From Rhodothermales bacterium (lineage in GTDB: Bacteria; Bacteroidota; Rhodothermia; Rhodothermales; JABDKH01): a DNA stretch of 54,016 bases. A program made the translations under genes and the position numbers. The DNA lies in the NCBI GenBank assembly GCA_041609895.1, contig JBFIPX010000003.1, positions 1 through 54,016 of the forward strand. Reading direction: 5' to 3'. Below, piece by piece: positions 50,640-54,016 of this stretch (position 1 is the first letter of the stretch; the number at the start of each line of letters is the position of its first letter). The notes below the pieces were generated by a model that did no database searches, was not told the origin of the DNA, and worked only from the letters and a program-made list of their open reading frames with translations.

Positions 50640-52592
50640 ATGGGTGAAACCATATCACTGACGTTTCCTGACGGATCGGCGCGCGAGTTCGACGCGGGCA
50701 CATCCGGGATGGAAGTCGCTTCGTCCATATCCGAAGGCCTGGCCAGAAACGCGCTGGCGGCGGAGGTCGACGGAGAGATTCAGGATCTGGAACTGCCCAT
50801 CTCAACCGATTCACACGTGCGCATTCTCACCTGGAATGATGCCGGCGGCAAGATGGCTTACTGGCACTCCACGGCTCATCTCATGGCGGAGGCGCTGGAA
50901 TCCCTGTACCCTGGTGTCAAGTTCGGAATCGGACCGCCGATTGAGAATGGCTTCTACTATGACGTCGACCTCGGCGATAAGAAGCTGACGGCGGAGGATC
51001 TGCCTCCGATCGAGGCACGAATGAAAGAACTTGCCAAGCGCGACGTACCGTATCAACGACGCGCCGTCTCCAAGGCGGAGGCAATCGAGTATTTCAACGA
51101 GAAAGGAGACGAGTACAAACTCGAGCTGATTGATGAACTCGAGGACGGCACGATCACCTTCTACGAACAAGGCGACTTCGTTGATCTGTGCCGCGGACCG
51201 CATATTCCCTCGACCGGACGAATTAAGTATCCCAAGCTCCTCTCGATTGCCGGGGCATACTGGCGCGGTGATGAGAATCGTCCGCAACTCACCCGCATAT
51301 ACGGGATCAGTTTCCCAAAGAAAAAGGAGCTGGAAGAGTACCTCGAGCGGGTCGAACTGGCTCGTCAGCGAGATCACAGAAAGTTGGGCCGAGAACTGGG
51401 CTTGTTTGCATTCTCCAACAAGGTCGGGCCGGGCCTGCCCATGTGGCTTCCAAAAGGAGCCATTCTGAGAGAGACCCTGATCAACTTCCTTAAGGAGGAG
51501 CAATTGCGACGCGGCTACCTGCCGGTCGTCACTCCCCATATCGGCCGTCTGGAGCTATACAAGACGAGCGGGCACTACCCATTTTACAGTGACAGCCAGT
51601 TTCCTCCCATGATCGAGGACGAGGCCCGCGATGAGGGATACTTGCTGAAGCCCATGAACTGTCCGCATCACATACAGATCTATGCGGATTCTCTCCATTC
51701 GTATCGTGATTTGCCGGTGCGGCTTGCCGAGTTTGGTCAGGTGTACCGGTACGAACAGTCGGGAGAACTGGGTGGCCTGACCCGTGTGCGCGGCTTCACC
51801 ATCGACGACTCACACATCTTCTGTCGACCCGACCAGGTAAAGGAAGAGTTCAAAGACGCAATCGATCTTACTTTGCGCGTGTTCGGCGCACTGGACTTTC
51901 ATGACTTCAAGGCGCAGATCTCGCTGCGCGACCCTGACAATAAGGACAAGTATGTTGGCGCGGACGAGTTGTGGGATGAGGCCGAGGAGGCAGTGCGACA
52001 AGCTGCGAGTGAGATGGACCTCGACACGTTTGAAGAGATCGGAGAAGCCGCCTTTTACGGACCAAAGCTGGACTTCATGGTGAAGGACGCGTTGGGTCGC
52101 GACTGGCAGCTGGGCACCGTGCAGCTAGACTATAACCTGCCGGAGAGATTCGACATTACCTACGTGGGCGCGGACGACCGGAAGCACCGGCCGGTGATGA
52201 TACATCGCGCGCCGTTTGGCTCTCTTGAACGCTTCATCGGGGTGCTCATCGAGCACTGCGGTGGAAACTTTCCTGTCTGGCTGGCTCCGGTTCAGGTCAA
52301 GGTTCTCCCCATCGGGCAGGATTTCGAGGACTACGCCGGCGAGGTCGTCGAAGAGCTGATCAACAACGGGATTCGGGCCGAAGCCGACCTGCGCAACGAG
52401 AAAATCGGTTACAAGATCCGTGAGGCCGAGACGTCGAAGGTGCCCTTCATGTTAGTGGTCGGAGCACGGGAAAAGGAGGCGGCCAGCGTCGCCGTCCGCC
52501 GTCACGGCGAAGGCGCTCAGGATACGGTGCCGGTAGCAGAGTTTATCGCACGTTTCAAGGACGACGTCGCGGAAGCCATGGGCCGTTCCTGA
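50640..52592 (+). CDS. thrS: Threonine--tRNA ligase
   Basis: TGS domain, HSTAH, DLCRGPH, RDHRKLG, LKPMNCP, GLTRVR.F and MIHRA..GS.ERF. Confidence 0.98.
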   Translation: MGETISLTFPDGSAREFDAGTSGMEVASSISEGLARNALAAEVDGEIQDLELPISTDSHVRILTWNDAGGKMAYWHSTAHLMAEALESLYPGVKFGIGPPIENGFYYDVDLGDKKLTAEDLPPIEARMKELAKRDVPYQRRAVSKAEAIEYFNEKGDEYKLELIDELEDGTITFYEQGDFVDLCRGPHIPSTGRIKYPKLLSIAGAYWRGDENRPQLTRIYGISFPKKKELEEYLERVELARQRDHRKLGRELGLFAFSNKVGPGLPMWLPKGAILRETLINFLKEEQLRRGYLPVVTPHIGRLELYKTSGHYPFYSDSQFPPMIEDEARDEGYLLKPMNCPHHIQIYADSLHSYRDLPVRLAEFGQVYRYEQSGELGGLTRVRGFTIDDSHIFCRPDQVKEEFKDAIDLTLRVFGALDFHDFKAQISLRDPDNKDKYVGADELWDEAEEAVRQAASEMDLDTFEEIGEAAFYGPKLDFMVKDALGRDWQLGTVQLDYNLPERFDITYVGADDRKHRPVMIHRAPFGSLERFIGVLIEHCGGNFPVWLAPVQVKVLPIGQDFEDYAGEVVEELINNGIRAEADLRNEKIGYKIREAETSKVPFMLVVGAREKEAASVAVRRHGEGAQDTVPVAEFIARFKDDVAEAMGRS

Positions 52593-52678
52593 TGCCGCAC
52601 CGTCGGCCATTGGGGATCTAAATCAGAAACACTACCTTAAAACGCTTACCAAGCCTGTTTCATCAACAAACGTTTTGA

Positions 52679-53200
52679 ATGGCAAGACAGAAACGAGTTA
52701 GAATCAACGACGAGATAACCGCTGAAGAAGTCAGAGTTGTAGACCCAGAAGGCAGCCACGGAATTTATCCGATTGAGAAGGCGTTGGAGCTCGCAGACAG
52801 CCGCGAGTTGGACCTGGTCGAAATATCACCTGGCGCCGATCCCCCCGTTTGCAAGATCATTGATTACGGCAAATACCGCTACGAACAGCAGAAGAAGGAA
52901 AAAGAGCAGCGGAAGAACACCCACACCATTACGCTGAAGGAAATTCGGTTTCGCCCCCACACGGACACTCACGATTTCAACTTCAAGACGAAGCACGCCC
53001 GTGAATTCCTTGAGGGTGGCGACAAGGTGCGAGCCTACGTGCAGTTCCGTGGAAGGGACATCGTCTATAAAGATCACGGTATGGAATTGCTCGCGCGCTT
53101 CATTGATGAGCTTAGCGACATAGCTAAGATCGACCAGCAACCGCGAATGGAAGGCCGCCGCATGACGACCATTCTCGCGCCTCTCAAAGTCCGTAAGTAG
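52679..53200 (+). CDS. infC: Translation initiation factor IF-3
   Basis: RINDEI, LDLVEI, PPVCKI.DYGKY, KEIRF and FRGR. Confidence 0.97.
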   Translation: MARQKRVRINDEITAEEVRVVDPEGSHGIYPIEKALELADSRELDLVEISPGADPPVCKIIDYGKYRYEQQKKEKEQRKNTHTITLKEIRFRPHTDTHDFNFKTKHAREFLEGGDKVRAYVQFRGRDIVYKDHGMELLARFIDELSDIAKIDQQPRMEGRRMTTILAPLKVRK

Positions 53201-53284
53201 CGGCCCACCCAAAGTTCATCGAATATCCTACGGTGCGGGCGGCTATGCGGCACCTTGCGGTTGCTTCCGCATGCTCACGTATAG

Positions 53285-53292
53285 TAAATTTG
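53285..53292 (+). promoter_or_regulatory. Candidate -7 promoter element (TAnnTTTG) for rpmI-rplT
   Basis: Exact TAAATTTG 58 nt upstream of the rpmI ATG. Confidence 0.45.
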
Positions 53293-53350
53293 CTAGCTAT
53301 GCAATTTTCGCGCGTCGATACGCCCGCGTATCAGAACAGCGATCGCAATT

Positions 53351-53545
53351 ATGCCTAAAATGAAGTCAAATAGTGGAGCGAAGAAGCGGTTCAAGGTTAC
53401 CGGGACCGGCCGCATCAAGCGCAAGAAGGCGTTCCACAGTCATATACTTACGAAGAAGTCTCAGAAAAGGAAGCGTAATCTTCGTTCTGACACCCTCGTG
53501 GACCGCGCCGACGAAGCGCGGGTCAAGCGGATGATCGGAGCCTGA
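53351..53545 (+). CDS. rpmI: 50S ribosomal protein L35
   Basis: [19 protein letters not shown] and HILTKK. Confidence 0.97.
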   Translation: MPKMKSNSGAKKRFKVTGTGRIKRKKAFHSHILTKKSQKRKRNLRSDTLVDRADEARVKRMIGA

Positions 53546-53568
53546 GTGCGTCCTTGTCGGAGTAGAAG

Positions 53569-53916
53569 ATGCCACGAACGAAAAACAGAGTAGCCGCTCG
53601 GCGCAGACGCAAGCGCATACTCAGCATGGCCAAGGGCTACTGGGGCCGTAGAGGAAACATCTATACGGTCGCCAAACATGCCGTCGAAAAAGGCCTCCAG
53701 TACCAGTACCGGGATCGTCGCGCGCGCAAGCGTCAGTTCAGACGGCTTTGGATCGCTCGAATTAATGCAGCTGCCCGCATCAACGGCACTACGTATTCAC
53801 GGCTGATCGGCGGCCTGCGAAAGTCTGAGATTGAACTGAACCGCAAGGTCCTCGCCGACCTCGCCATGAACGACCCGTCCGCATTCGAACAGGTCGTCAA
53901 AGAGGCCGCAGCATGA
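53569..53916 (+). CDS. rplT: 50S ribosomal protein L20
   Basis: MPR, AKGY.G, YRDRR..KR.FR.LWI.RINAA and LNRK.LA.LA. Confidence 0.98.
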   Translation: MPRTKNRVAARRRRKRILSMAKGYWGRRGNIYTVAKHAVEKGLQYQYRDRRARKRQFRRLWIARINAAARINGTTYSRLIGGLRKSEIELNRKVLADLAMNDPSAFEQVVKEAAA

Positions 53917-54016
53917 GACGCGAAGACTCCTTTTTTACCGTGCTTTCCCGCTGATTCCTGCTCAGGAGGGTGTTGAAGACGGTACGCTGACTCACACTAC
54001 GTAGAAGCCCGCCCCC

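Overview
This 54 kb window is a gene-dense, GC-rich (about 60% by eye) bacterial chromosomal segment. Gene content (PorV/PorQ-type barrels, a T9SS/FlgD-type C-terminal domain, archaeal/eukaryote-type ProRS, bshA, DUF2723) suggests the Bacteroidota/Rhodothermota group, most plausibly Rhodothermales; this is an inference. It holds 49 callable CDS and one tRNA-Val(GAC). Most genes are housekeeping: mgtE, rsmA, bioY, metH, mscL, aspC-like, coaD, rsmD, pdxJ, era, pdxB, bshA, lptF, rsmI, rsfS, tsaD, mltG, proS, thrS-infC-rpmI-rplT. I saw no integrase, transposase, prophage or CRISPR array. The best candidates for undescribed biology are: (1) a Tyr-rich/Arg-Ser-rich low-complexity lipoprotein paired with a FadL-like outer-membrane barrel, divergent from proS; (2) a 'hypothetical' protein behind bshA with PI3K/HipA-like kinase motifs (GDMHSGN...IDFD); (3) a TMEM260-like DUF2723 membrane glycosyltransferase, together with many D-S/T-hydrophobic O-glycosylation sequons in exported proteins; (4) a translationally coupled operon of a choice-of-anchor-X lipoprotein, a 7-Asp-box T9SS cargo and two PorV-like barrels; (5) a pilin-like plus PilM-like gene pair heading the rsmD-coaD operon; and (6) a site-2 protease with no canonical in-frame start codon. 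All calls come from motif recognition by eye. No searches or folding computations were run.
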